Counted from the first letter of the stretch, positions 25,940 to 35,518 are shown. The stretch: DNA of 64,000 nucleotides from Acidimicrobiia bacterium (GCA_031381685.1 JANMYF010000037.1:11247-75246); one strand, 5' to 3'. Numbers and translations are program-made. Notes: generated from the sequence alone by a model not told the origin.

Positions 25940-28330
25940 ATGACCTCCCCCACGTTTCCGACAGTGATCCCCTACACCCCGCCCCCGTCGGTCGTGCCGA
26001 AGGTGCGGCGCAAGCTGCTGTTCTTCGATCGCGCCAAGTTGATCGTCGGGCTCGTCGTGCTCTTCGGCTTCTTCGTCTCGAAGTACCACGCCGACGTTCC
26101 CTACGTCACCTGGAACGGAGCGTTCCAGCACGTGCTGCGCAACAGCTGGTTCCTGCTCGCCTTGGCGGGCGTCGAGGTGCTCCGCCAGATCCACTACCTG
26201 ATCTCGGAGAAGGCCGCTGGCTACAACCACTTCTGGTCCTACAAGGTGTTCGGCGGCTGGGACCGGTTCTGGTCGCGCCGCAACCCGTGGCTGCGGTTCC
26301 GCCTCCAGCGGATCGTCAAGACCCTCATGTTCATGGCCGTCATCTTCTGGATCCTGTCGGCCACCTGGAACGTGTCGTTCCTGCAGGCGATCAACGATGC
26401 ACCGTCTCGCATCGTCAGCATCATGTTCGGGTCCGAACAGCGGCTCCCGTTCATCTTCTCGATCCTCATGACGCTGGTGTTCTCGGTCGGCCAGTTCGCG
26501 GCGATCTTCTGGTTCATGAGCCGCGGCGGCACCGACATCCTCCTCCCCGAAGAGGTCGAGACCCGCTTCGCCGATGTGTGGGGCCAGGACAAGGTCCTCG
26601 ACAAGGTCAAGGAAAACATCGCGATGTTCGACAAGCCCGAGGAGATCGAGGCCAAGGGCGGCCACGTTCCCGGTGGCATCCTGCTGTGGGGCCCTCCAGG
26701 CACCGGCAAGACCCTCATTGCCAAGGCCATCGCCGGTGAGACCGGCAAGCCCTACGTCTTCGTCGACCCGGGCGCGTTCCAGAACATGTTCATGGGTGTC
26801 GGCATCTTGAAGGTCAAGGGGCTCTACCGCAAGCTCCGCAAACTGGCGCTGCGCCACGGTGGCGTCATCGTGTTCTTCGACGAAGCCGACGTGCTCGGCA
26901 ACCGTGGCTCTGCCGTCTCCGGACGGCAGTCCACGCCGCAGGTCGTCGAGGGCTATCAGTGCCTCGCCGCCCGCACCTACGGCTACGAGATGCACGATCA
27001 CCACCAGGCTGCGGCTATGGCCGCACCGGCGGAGGGCCGTCCCGGTCTGCTTCCAGACAGGGTTCGCGTTGTCATGGGGGGCATGGGGATGGGAGGCGGC
27101 ATGGGCACTCTGCAGTCATTGCTCACCGAGATGAGCGGTCTCGAGAAGCCCCGTGGCTTCCTGGCTCGTCGCATCCGCAAGTTCTTGACCATGCCGTCGA
27201 AGAAGCCGCCGAAATACCGGATCCTCACGATCATGGCCACCAACGCCCCCGACGTGCTCGATCCGGCGCTCCTCCGCCCTGGACGTCTCGACCGCATCTT
27301 CAAGGTCGACTACCCGACCATGGAAGGCCGTATCCGGACCTACGAGGGTTACTTCAGCAAGGTCAAGCACGTGGTGACCGCCGAGCAGGTGAAGCGCCTC
27401 GCGCTGATGTCGTCGGCGGCCAGCGGCGCCGTGATCAAGGACATCGTCAACGAGTCGTTGATCGTTGCGCTGCGCGAAGGGCGGGACACGGTGACCTGGC
27501 CCGACGTACTCGCCGCCCGGGCATTGAAGGTGCACGGCATGCCCGACGAGGTTCACCCGATGGCCCTCGAACGCCACGCCGTGGCCATCCACGAAGCCGG
27601 ACATGCCGTCGCCATGGTCCGTCTCTACAAGCGCTACATCATCGATGTCGCCACCATCGAGCCACGCGGCAACGTCGGCGGCTTCGTCAGCCCGGTGCCC
27701 ATGGAGGAGCCCGGTTTTCCGTGGCGGAAAGAGAACGAGAACCGCATCATCGTGTCGCTCGCTTCGCTGGCCGCCGAGCGCCACTTCTTCCGGGGCGACA
27801 ACTCCGTTGGTGTCGGCGGCGACCTCGGGAGCGCAACCGGCACTGCCCGGTGGATGGAAGGCCGCTCGGCCATGGGCGATTCGTTCACGAGCTTCACCGA
27901 GCTCGTCGCCGGCGAGTCGTCGAAGGGTGACTTCGACCAGCGCGTCGAGCGCCGTCTGCAAAACCTCTACGCCCAGGCGCTGTCACTGGTGCAGGAGAAC
28001 GAACTGTTCGTGCTGGCCATCGCCCATGCGTTGGAAGAGCACAAGACGATCTCGGGTGAAGACATCGAGGCGATCTTCTCCGGCGCCAAGGGCCCTGCGG
28101 TCGACGGTGGCTGGTACCACACGCCGGAGTTCCGCTTCGTCTACGACCGCTACCACGACGCCGCGATCAGTGCCCACGAGTCGCAGGGCAAGCTTGAGAT
28201 GCAGCTTCCCAAGCCGGGTTCGCTGGTCGTCGTGGGCGCCGACGGCACCCTGCACCAGTGGGGTGGCGCAGCCGCCCCCGACCATGCCCTGCCTCCGGCC
28301 CCGACCACCAACGAGCTGACCGTCGACTGA
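25940..28330 (+). CDS. Atypical FtsH-like AAA+ ATPase / M41 zinc metalloprotease with a 4-TM N-terminus and insertions in the AAA module
   Basis: Walker A is LLWGPPGTGKTLIAKAIAGE. Walker B is VIVFFDEADVLG. Sensor-1/second region of homology is IMATNAPDVLDPALLRPGRLDR. The zinc motif is AIHEAGHAVAMV. About 85 extra residues, including a GGMGMGGGMG stretch, sit between Walker B and sensor-1 relative to canonical FtsH. Confidence 0.8.
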   Translation: MTSPTFPTVIPYTPPPSVVPKVRRKLLFFDRAKLIVGLVVLFGFFVSKYHADVPYVTWNGAFQHVLRNSWFLLALAGVEVLRQIHYLISEKAAGYNHFWSYKVFGGWDRFWSRRNPWLRFRLQRIVKTLMFMAVIFWILSATWNVSFLQAINDAPSRIVSIMFGSEQRLPFIFSILMTLVFSVGQFAAIFWFMSRGGTDILLPEEVETRFADVWGQDKVLDKVKENIAMFDKPEEIEAKGGHVPGGILLWGPPGTGKTLIAKAIAGETGKPYVFVDPGAFQNMFMGVGILKVKGLYRKLRKLALRHGGVIVFFDEADVLGNRGSAVSGRQSTPQVVEGYQCLAARTYGYEMHDHHQAAAMAAPAEGRPGLLPDRVRVVMGGMGMGGGMGTLQSLLTEMSGLEKPRGFLARRIRKFLTMPSKKPPKYRILTIMATNAPDVLDPALLRPGRLDRIFKVDYPTMEGRIRTYEGYFSKVKHVVTAEQVKRLALMSSAASGAVIKDIVNESLIVALREGRDTVTWPDVLAARALKVHGMPDEVHPMALERHAVAIHEAGHAVAMVRLYKRYIIDVATIEPRGNVGGFVSPVPMEEPGFPWRKENENRIIVSLASLAAERHFFRGDNSVGVGGDLGSATGTARWMEGRSAMGDSFTSFTELVAGESSKGDFDQRVERRLQNLYAQALSLVQENELFVLAIAHALEEHKTISGEDIEAIFSGAKGPAVDGGWYHTPEFRFVYDRYHDAAISAHESQGKLEMQLPKPGSLVVVGADGTLHQWGGAAAPDHALPPAPTTNELTVD

Positions 28331-28346
28331 CCGATTGGGAGAGAGA

Positions 28347-28434
28347 TTGCCCCCATTTATGGGGGCAAAACACCTCCGAAACGCCTTGGGAGGTGTTCTC
28401 CCGCAAACCCCGCCCGGTCTCCGCTACCGGGCGG
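28347..28434. terminator. Three consecutive hairpins between convergent genes (candidate bidirectional terminator)
   Basis: The hairpins are TTGCCCCCAT-tt-ATGGGGGCAA (28347-28368), AACACCTCC-11 nt-GGAGGTGTT (28369-28397) and CCGCCCGG-9 nt-CCGGGCGG (28410-28434). The local GC content is lower than the surroundings. Confidence 0.55.
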
Positions 28435-28441
28435 TGCCGCG

Positions 28442-29794
28442 TCAGGACAGCTCTTCAGGCAGATCGTCGGGGACGACGAGCAATGGCGCCGCCGCCGGCG
28501 CGTTCGGCGGCGGCACCGCGGCAATCGGTTCGCCGGCGGGCGCCGCTCGGCGCGCGTTGATGACCACCGTGCCACCGGGAGTCGACACCAACCGGCTGTT
28601 GCTGTTCTGGGTGTTGCGTTCGATCCAGTCGTAGACGCTCTCCCCGGTATCGACCACGGGCCCCGCTTCGTCGCGCAAACGACGAAGTGAATCCTTCCGA
28701 TCGACGCGCCAACGCCCGACTCGCAGGCTCAGGTACGCCGCCGCGCCCAGCGGGATCGGGAGCCAGTAGGCGGCGAGTCGGTAGGAGTTCACGGCGATGG
28801 CGTTGGTGGCCGAGGGCACGCCGAAGAACGTGAGCATCGTGGTCAGGGTCACTTCGATGACGCCGAGCCCGCCCGGCGTGATGGGAATTGCGGCGAGCAC
28901 ATTCGCGATGCAGAACGCCACGATGAGGGAGTCCGGGCGGACGCTCGCGCCGAAGGCGCGGAGGAAGACCCACAGTGCGCTTGCGTCGAGCAGCCAGTTC
29001 GCCACCGACCATCCGACGAGGCGCAGAAGTGTTCGGCGGTTCGTCGCCAGGAGGCGGATCCGCCCGCCGAGACGTCGGATGACCCCGCTGACGACGGCCG
29101 GATCGACGAAAGAGAACCGCCGGGCGAGACCCTGGACGATGCGATCGGCCCGCTCGGCTCCTCGCACCAAAAACACCACGACGACGCCGAAGGCCCCGAG
29201 AACGAACACGCCGACGAGCGCGACCGAGACGTACAGGGGGTTCACCCCGCTGATGGGGATCGAGATGAGTAGCGTCGACCAGAGCAGCAGGTTGAGCACG
29301 ACGGCCGACCCGAGGCCGGCGGTGGCGAGCGCGAAGCCGGCCGCCGATGGTTCGACCCCGGCGAGCGTCAGGAGCCGGTACCCCAGCGCGGTGCCGGCGG
29401 CACTTCCGCCGGGCACGACGTTCGTGACCGCTTTGGTGGCGAGCTGGATGCGGGTCAGTGTCGGGGTGGTGATGTGGGAGGGGGTCAGCGCGGCCTGGGT
29501 AAGTTTCGAGTACGCGAAGAAGGCGGCCAACTCGAGGCCGAGCCCGAGGACAAGGAGCGCAGCGTTCACCGTGCGGAGTTGGCTGACGGCCCGTCCGAAG
29601 CCGGCGATCTGGGGAAGGACGATGTAGTTGAGCAGGAAGACGGCGACGATGACCTGCACTGTCCGGGTCATCCGGCGGCGCAGCGGCGATTTCGGGGCGC
29701 GACGGCGGCGTGGACGCGAGCCGACCGAATCGCCCGCGGTGGGGTCGGTGAGCTGATCGGCCGACGCCGGGTCGGTGAGGTTCGTCGAAGCCAC
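28442..29794 (-). CDS. Flippase-like / lysylphosphatidylglycerol-synthase TM-domain family (UPF0104) membrane protein, second copy
   Basis: 450 aa and polytopic, with the signature AAIPITPGGLGVIEVTLTTML. It has a soluble C-terminal tail of about 100 aa. Confidence 0.65.
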   Translation of the reverse strand: MASTNLTDPASADQLTDPTAGDSVGSRPRRRRAPKSPLRRRMTRTVQVIVAVFLLNYIVLPQIAGFGRAVSQLRTVNAALLVLGLGLELAAFFAYSKLTQAALTPSHITTPTLTRIQLATKAVTNVVPGGSAAGTALGYRLLTLAGVEPSAAGFALATAGLGSAVVLNLLLWSTLLISIPISGVNPLYVSVALVGVFVLGAFGVVVVFLVRGAERADRIVQGLARRFSFVDPAVVSGVIRRLGGRIRLLATNRRTLLRLVGWSVANWLLDASALWVFLRAFGASVRPDSLIVAFCIANVLAAIPITPGGLGVIEVTLTTMLTFFGVPSATNAIAVNSYRLAAYWLPIPLGAAAYLSLRVGRWRVDRKDSLRRLRDEAGPVVDTGESVYDWIERNTQNSNSRLVSTPGGTVVINARRAAPAGEPIAAVPPPNAPAAAPLLVVPDDLPEELS

Positions 29795-29950
29795 TACCGC
29801 TCATGCTTGTCGAAAACGGGACTCGCCCGACGCACGCTGCCCGATCGACACGCGCCGGGCCAAGGAGCAGGGGAACGCGCGGTGGCCTCGAGCCGCCAGC
29901 GACCGTTGGATCAGTGGCCCGGACGGGGGCGCAGAGCCTGGAACGGGCGG

Positions 29951-30592
29951 TCAGGCTTTGGGCTTCACGGCGATGGCGTCGACGATGAAGACAAGGGTTT
30001 CGTTCGGACCGATCTTGGCACCCTGCCCGGCAGCCCCGTAGGCCTTGTCCGGCGGGATGACGAGTTGGCGGCGGCCGCCCTGCTTCATGCCGACCAGGCC
30101 CTCGTTCCATCCGGGGATGACGCCGGCCTGGCCGACGTTCTCGACGGTGAACGGGGCCCGACCCCACGAGGTGTCGAACTCTTCCTTCGTGGACCACGAC
30201 ACCCCGACGTAGTTCACGGTGACGTTCGAACCGGCCGTGACCTCGGGCCCGGTGCCGACGATGAGATCCTTGGTCTGGAGCGCTTTGGGCGGCGGGCCGG
30301 CGGGCACGCTGACGGTCGGCTTGGTGGCGATTGCCGCGGGGAGGCTCAGTGCCACCGTGGTGGTCGGGGCCGCCGTGGTGGTGGTCGGCGTCGCAATCGT
30401 CGTGTCGGCGCCGCCGTCGCTGTTGCCGCGGGTGAGGAGGGCGAAGATCACCAGCAGGACGACGAGCGTCCCGATCACGTAGACGATCTTCTTCTGCGTT
30501 GCGCGTGCACGCTGCTTTCCCTCGATGACCTTCGCCTCGGCGAGCTTCTGTGCTCGCAGGGCGTCTTGACGCTGTCGCTTCTCGTTTGCCAC
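29951..30592 (-). CDS. Membrane-anchored FKBP-type peptidyl-prolyl cis-trans isomerase
   Basis: The C-terminal FKBP domain reads GSNVTVNYVGVSWSTKEEFDTSWGRAPFTVENVGQAGVIPGWNEGLVGMKQGGRRQLVIPPDKAYG. It has an N-terminal TM segment IGTLVVLLVIFALL and a T-rich linker. GTG 30592 was chosen; the ORF-track start at 30760 is less likely. Confidence 0.8.
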   Translation of the reverse strand: MANEKRQRQDALRAQKLAEAKVIEGKQRARATQKKIVYVIGTLVVLLVIFALLTRGNSDGGADTTIATPTTTTAAPTTTVALSLPAAIATKPTVSVPAGPPPKALQTKDLIVGTGPEVTAGSNVTVNYVGVSWSTKEEFDTSWGRAPFTVENVGQAGVIPGWNEGLVGMKQGGRRQLVIPPDKAYGAAGQGAKIGPNETLVFIVDAIAVKPKA

Positions 30593-30728
30593 GGCCGACA
30601 ACGCTACGCCACGCACCAGCCCAGCGAGGGCCGATCCGGCCGCCAACCCACCGGGCTGGGCGCGAAAGTGACACGGAAGGGTGCCGATCGCTCCCGACGG
30701 TGGCGTGAGCCGGGACGGACCGACGGTC

Positions 30729-32060
30729 ATGATGAGTGCCATGCCCCTGGAGATCGTCAAACGCGATGGCCATCCCGATTTCCTGGACCTCCCCTGGGGC
30801 GTGTCGCTGCGCCGATGGAGAACACCCCGTCTGGTCGACGTTGCCCGGGGGCTTTCGCGCCATGTGGTGCGCTTCGTGGACTACGGCGGCGTCGTGTACG
30901 CGGTGAAGGAGACCGAGGACCGTGTGGCACTGGCCGAGTACGACCTCTTGCGCGATCTCGAGGGACGTGGGCTTCCGGTCGTCGAGGCCGTCGGCGTCGT
31001 CCGCAATCGCGTGGCCGACGGAAGCGATCCCGACGCGCCCAACGACCGTCGATATCCGGCCGACGACACCGAGGTGGGGGCTCCGCTCGGTGCCGCGCTG
31101 ATCACGAGACATCTCAGCTTCTCGATGCCGTACCGGTACCTGTTCCAGGGTCGTCCGATCACCGATCTGCGCGATCAGCTGGAGAACGCGATGGCGGTGC
31201 TCCTCGTGAGGCTCCATCTCGAAGGCTTCTTCTGGGGTGACTGCTCGCTCTCCAATACGTTGTTCCGACGCGATGCCGGTTCGTTGAGCTCGTGGCTGGT
31301 GGACGCGGAGACGGGACGAATCCAGGAAGGCCGACTGAGCGATGGTCAGCGCGCTCATGATCTCGAGATCGCCGTCGAGAACATCGCCGGGGAGCTACTC
31401 GACCTCGATGCCGCCGGTCGTCTGCACGACGGCCTGGATCCGATGGAGCTCGCCGAGGACTTCCGCAATCGCTATGAGCGCTTATGGAATGAGATCGTGT
31501 ACGAGGAGATCATCCGGCCGAGCGACCGTCACCGCATGGTCGCGAGAACACGGCGCCTCAATGAGCTCGGTTTCGATGTCGAGGAGTACCGCCTCCGTAC
31601 GACCGACGATGGTCGCATCCGGTTCGTGCCCCGCGTCGTCGAGGTCGGGCATCACCGCCGGAGGCTGCAGCAGCTGACCGGACTCGATGTCGACGAGAAC
31701 CAGGCCCGCCGTTTGTTGAGCGACCTCGATGGCCACCGGGCCTTCCTCGACGAGCAGCGGGGGCAGCGTGTCCCGGATGCGCTCGCGGCTTACGACTGGC
31801 TGACGAATGTGTATCAGCCGACGATCGAAGCGATCCCGGCTGAACTTCGCCACCGACTCGCCGACGCCGAGTCGTACCACCAGATCCTCGAGCACCGGTG
31901 GTACCTGTCGGAGGAGGCAGGGCATGATGTCGGCATGGAAGCAGCGATTGACCGCTACGTGGCCGACGTGCTGCCGCTCGCTCCCGTCGAGGAAGCGATC
32001 CTTCCCGCTCCGGGCGACGAGACACTGGACCTCGCCGGGACTGGTCCTACGGAGGACTGA
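30729..32060 (+). CDS. DUF4032-family protein (kinase-like N-terminus)
   Basis: The N-terminus reads PDFLDLPWGVSLRRW...GLSRHVVRFVDYGGVVYAVKETEDRVALAEYDLLRDLEGRGLPVVEAVGVV. That pattern is the one I associate with actinobacterial DUF4032 proteins. The start is ATG 30729 or 30741. Confidence 0.55.
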   Translation: MMSAMPLEIVKRDGHPDFLDLPWGVSLRRWRTPRLVDVARGLSRHVVRFVDYGGVVYAVKETEDRVALAEYDLLRDLEGRGLPVVEAVGVVRNRVADGSDPDAPNDRRYPADDTEVGAPLGAALITRHLSFSMPYRYLFQGRPITDLRDQLENAMAVLLVRLHLEGFFWGDCSLSNTLFRRDAGSLSSWLVDAETGRIQEGRLSDGQRAHDLEIAVENIAGELLDLDAAGRLHDGLDPMELAEDFRNRYERLWNEIVYEEIIRPSDRHRMVARTRRLNELGFDVEEYRLRTTDDGRIRFVPRVVEVGHHRRRLQQLTGLDVDENQARRLLSDLDGHRAFLDEQRGQRVPDALAAYDWLTNVYQPTIEAIPAELRHRLADAESYHQILEHRWYLSEEAGHDVGMEAAIDRYVADVLPLAPVEEAILPAPGDETLDLAGTGPTED

Positions 32061-33159
32061 CGTCCGCCAGGCCCGATACGGCGGGCCCGGCGACACGTTG
32101 CTGGGCGCGGCCCGGATTCCCGGTGAGCAACACGCCGGTGATGACCGTGGCGATGCCGAGTCCGAGAGTGAGAGCGATCGACGCGCGGGCGACACCGTTC
32201 GAGAACGCGAACGGGAGGCTGCTCGACGAGAGGATCGAGAGGTCGGAGAGCCCACCGACCAGCGTCACGATGCCGGCGGCGAACACGCCGACGTACAGCG
32301 CGTCCACACGTTGCCTTCGCAAGGCAACGATCGTGAGAAGGACGATGGCCCACGCGGCCACCGAGACCCAGCCGATCGACACGACGCGGCCCACACCCGA
32401 GCCCCCCCTGACCCCGAACGCGATGCCGAAAAGGTGGACTGCGTCGACGACGACGAGGGAGCCGAGCATCCCGCTGAAGATCCTCAGCGCGCGTGAAGAG
32501 TGTCCACGGCTCGCGGAGCTGGCGACTACACCCACCAACAGCATTCCGAGTGCCCCGGCGGCCGCCAACGGCGGGATTGGTGACGGCCCCGGGACCCAGC
32601 GGAGGTCTCCGGAGACGACGAACGTGTCCGCTCCCCTGGTGATCGGCACTTCCCAGGTCTGGATCATGTGCTCGCGGCCGCGCGCCGCCTCGACCTGCGG
32701 TGGCGGGGACGTTCCCATCCAATGGACCCGGTGGTCGTGGAATCGAACCACGGGCGACGACGACAACTTTCGCCACTCGGGTGGTCCATCGGGACGTAGG
32801 CCTGACGGAATCGCTGTCGCGCCGCGTCGATCCGCGTTCAGGTAGACGGCGTTCGACTGGCGGTTCTCAAACGCGCCGATCGGGCCGATGCGGAGGTACG
32901 GATGATCGTCATAGTCGTTGATCACGATCTCCGCTCCGCTTCGCCATCTGACTTCGAGGCGGTTTCCGGCCTCGACCACCTTCACCGAGAAACCGTCGGC
33001 CGCAGGGGTCACGGCGAGCACCCGTGAGACGTAGTTCGAAGCAGGCGTGTTCGTTGCGGCGTGTGCTTCGGCGCGGGCCGAAGAGAGGACGGGCAAGGCG
33101 AGTGACAGCGCGAGGACTCCGGCAACACGCGTGGCGGTGGAGCGGACGGGTCGGCTCAT
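32047..33159 (-). CDS. Hypothetical membrane protein: signal peptide, extracytoplasmic domain of about 190 aa, and a 4-5 TM C-terminus
   Basis: The sequence begins MSRPVRSTATRVAGVLALSLALPVLSSARAEAHA... and has hydrophobic C-terminal helices. ATG 33159 overlaps the upstream gene's stop (ATGA). Confidence 0.5.
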   Translation of the reverse strand: MSRPVRSTATRVAGVLALSLALPVLSSARAEAHAATNTPASNYVSRVLAVTPAADGFSVKVVEAGNRLEVRWRSGAEIVINDYDDHPYLRIGPIGAFENRQSNAVYLNADRRGATAIPSGLRPDGPPEWRKLSSSPVVRFHDHRVHWMGTSPPPQVEAARGREHMIQTWEVPITRGADTFVVSGDLRWVPGPSPIPPLAAAGALGMLLVGVVASSASRGHSSRALRIFSGMLGSLVVVDAVHLFGIAFGVRGGSGVGRVVSIGWVSVAAWAIVLLTIVALRRQRVDALYVGVFAAGIVTLVGGLSDLSILSSSSLPFAFSNGVARASIALTLGLGIATVITGVLLTGNPGRAQQRVAGPAVSGLADVSPP

Positions 33160-33578
33160 GCACACGGCGCAGCTTCCGGTCGTCCGACGGTCACGAGCGC
33201 CGTGCGGGCGACCTTCTCGAACGAGGTGACCGATTGGATGAGGCTGGGAGCGAGCGTTGCAAGATCGGTCTCCACGGCAAGTTTCGCGCGCTGGAACACG
33301 GCAGATTCCGTGCGATCGACCTCGACAAGCTCGGCGGCGAGGGCGTGCGCGGAAAGGTGCACGTCGTTCCAGAAGGTGTTGGACGCCTCGCCTCGCTGGC
33401 CGCTGGCCAGTTGCGCTTCCATGGCGCACAGGCCTGGGACGACGCCGTCAAGGAATGCGACCGGAACGTTTGACGTCGATGAATCGGTCGTGCTCCTCGC
33501 TCGCAAAAACCCGAAGACCCCTCCGGCGAGCAGCCCGACAACGGCGAGTATGACCAGACGACGCACTCCGAACGGCAC
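33156..33578 (-). CDS. Hypothetical N-terminally anchored small protein
   Basis: 140 aa with TM segment LVILAVVGLLAGGVFGFL. It is joined by a start-stop overlap to 32047..33159. Confidence 0.4.
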   Translation of the reverse strand: MPFGVRRLVILAVVGLLAGGVFGFLRARSTTDSSTSNVPVAFLDGVVPGLCAMEAQLASGQRGEASNTFWNDVHLSAHALAAELVEVDRTESAVFQRAKLAVETDLATLAPSLIQSVTSFEKVARTALVTVGRPEAAPCA

Positions 33579-33660
33579 GTCTTCATCCTCGCACGGGTCG
33601 ACGGCAGACCAGATCCCTCTTCAGACTTAGGCGTCCCGCGCGGGGACCTAGCCTCGGCTC

Positions 33661-34572
33661 GTGCTGCGCATCCATCCTCTCGTCCGGGCCGCCCTCGCCG
33701 ACGGGCGTCCGGTCGTCGCCCTTGAGTCCACCATTTCGTCGACGCTCGGTCTACCGGTGCCGTTCAACGCCGAGGTCCTGAGCCGCTGTGTCCGCGCCAT
33801 CGAAGCGGGCGGCGGCGTTGCTGCCATCACGGCCGTGCTCGACGGCGAGGCCCACGTGGGGGTCGACCCATCGGACTACGAGCGGCTGCTCGGCGCCACG
33901 AAGAAGTGCGCCGAACGCGACCTCTCGGTTGCCGTGGCCGAGCGCTGGGATGTCGGCGTGACGACCGTGTCGGCCACCGTGGCGTTGTGCGCAGCAGCGG
34001 GTGTGCGTGTGTTTGCCACCGGCGGGATCGGGGGTGTGCACCGCGATGATCATCTGAGCGGAGACGTGAGTGCCGATCTCGGGGCGATCGCACGCCATCC
34101 GGTGATCGTCGTCACCGCTGGGGCGAAAGCCTTCCTCGACTTGGCCAAGACCGCGGAGCTTTTCGACACGCTGAGTGTGCCGGTGCTCGGGTTCCGCACC
34201 GACGAGTTCCCGGCGTTCTACAGCCGCACGAGCGGGATCGCCGTGCATCGACGCATCGAAACCCCGGCGGTTGCGGCCGCAGTCCTGCGGGCCCGCCTCG
34301 GGCTCGGCCTACCGGGCGGTGTCGTCGTCGCCAATCCCATTCCCGTCGACGCCGAGATTCCGGCCGCCGACATCTCCGCTGCGATCACCGACGCATTGGC
34401 GACAGCCGCGGCCGCAGGCGTCCGCGGCGCGGCCCTGACGCCGTTCGTGCTCGGTCGCATCGCGGTGGTCACCGAGGGACGATCGATCCCGGCCAACCTG
34501 GCGCTCGCCGAGAACAACGCGGTGGTCGCGGTGCAGATCGCCCGGGCCCTGCTCGAGGAACCCGGGCGCTGA
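33661..34572 (+). CDS. psuG: Pseudouridine-5'-phosphate glycosidase
   Basis: 303 aa. VRAALADGRPVVALESTISS..., ...FATGGIGGVHR, ...VVTAGAKAFLDL... match the PsuG/IndA family layout. Confidence 0.8.
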   Translation: MLRIHPLVRAALADGRPVVALESTISSTLGLPVPFNAEVLSRCVRAIEAGGGVAAITAVLDGEAHVGVDPSDYERLLGATKKCAERDLSVAVAERWDVGVTTVSATVALCAAAGVRVFATGGIGGVHRDDHLSGDVSADLGAIARHPVIVVTAGAKAFLDLAKTAELFDTLSVPVLGFRTDEFPAFYSRTSGIAVHRRIETPAVAAAVLRARLGLGLPGGVVVANPIPVDAEIPAADISAAITDALATAAAAGVRGAALTPFVLGRIAVVTEGRSIPANLALAENNAVVAVQIARALLEEPGR

Positions 34573-34576
34573 TCGC

Positions 34577-35317
34577 TCAGAAGATGTGGACCGGGGTCCC
34601 GTTGGGGACCACCGACGGAAGCCACCGTGCATTGGCGACTGAAACCCGGACGCATCCGTGCGAGGCCGGATACCGCGGCACCGACCCGGATCCGTGGATC
34701 GCGAAACCGCCCTTGAAGTACAGCGGGTTGTAGAGCCTTCCGAGCGCCGCGGTCCTCCAACCGGAAACCCGGCCGTAGATCCGGTAGCGCCCGCGCGGGG
34801 TCACCGCCACGCCGCACTTGCCCTTCTCGCAGTAGCGGCGCCCGGAGCCGGTCGAGACGTTGATCGTCTTCCACACGGTTCCGCCCTTGCGGATGGTCAT
34901 CACCTGACGGGCGAGGCTCACCTCGATGCTCACCGCACCCGTCGCCCGAGGGTTCGCCAGCTCAACGCGGGCGGCACTCGACTTCGCCTTCCGCTTCTTG
35001 GTCGTCTTCGGAGCGGTGGTCGTCGGTAGTGTTTCGACGGGAGGGGTGGTCACCACCGGAGCGACCGTTGTGGGAGGAGCGGCGGGTTGCTCCGTCGCCA
35101 CCGGTGCCGGGGCCTGCGTCGTCGGAGGTGACGTGGTCGGAACCGTAGTTGGGGGCGCTTCCGTTGTCGGCGGCACGATGAGCGGAGGTAGCTCGACTGT
35201 CTGGGCGGACGCCGGCAGCCCGAGCCCCGCCGCCATGGCCAGGCCGACCAGAGCCACGCCTCCGAAGCGGATTCGAGACCTCGTTCTGCTCGCCGCCGGC
35301 AGAGAACGGAGTTGCAT
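34577..35317 (-). CDS. L,D-transpeptidase (YkuD domain) with a PT-rich linker
   Basis: The catalytic motif reads GFAIHGSGSVPRYPASHGCVRVS. The signal-like N-terminus is MQLRSLPAASRTRSRIRFGGVALVGLAMAAGLGLPASA. ATG 35317 was chosen. Confidence 0.8.
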   Translation of the reverse strand: MQLRSLPAASRTRSRIRFGGVALVGLAMAAGLGLPASAQTVELPPLIVPPTTEAPPTTVPTTSPPTTQAPAPVATEQPAAPPTTVAPVVTTPPVETLPTTTAPKTTKKRKAKSSAARVELANPRATGAVSIEVSLARQVMTIRKGGTVWKTINVSTGSGRRYCEKGKCGVAVTPRGRYRIYGRVSGWRTAALGRLYNPLYFKGGFAIHGSGSVPRYPASHGCVRVSVANARWLPSVVPNGTPVHIF

Positions 35318-35518
35318 GGTGGATGGGACGACCTCAGGGTGCGTTGTTCCGTCGGGAACCGCCGTTCGAGAGGTGCGGAGTTCGGGAAGAGTACGCACAG
35401 CCAAGATCGTATGCGCGCGGACTGCTCCTCGCCAAGCATCGCATGACGAAATCCTCTGGAAACATCGCGTGTGATCGTCGTGTTCTCACGATGAACGAGT
35501 GTCGAATTCTGAGCCCGC

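Noticed and set aside
28455-31358. 967-aa ORF on the minus strand, the longest ORF in the track.
   Set aside because: Its translation is Arg/Pro/Gly/His-rich low-complexity sequence with no recognisable motifs. It overlaps three well-supported genes (UPF0104 membrane protein, FKBP isomerase, DUF4032 protein). This is a typical stop-codon-poor alternative frame in high-GC DNA.
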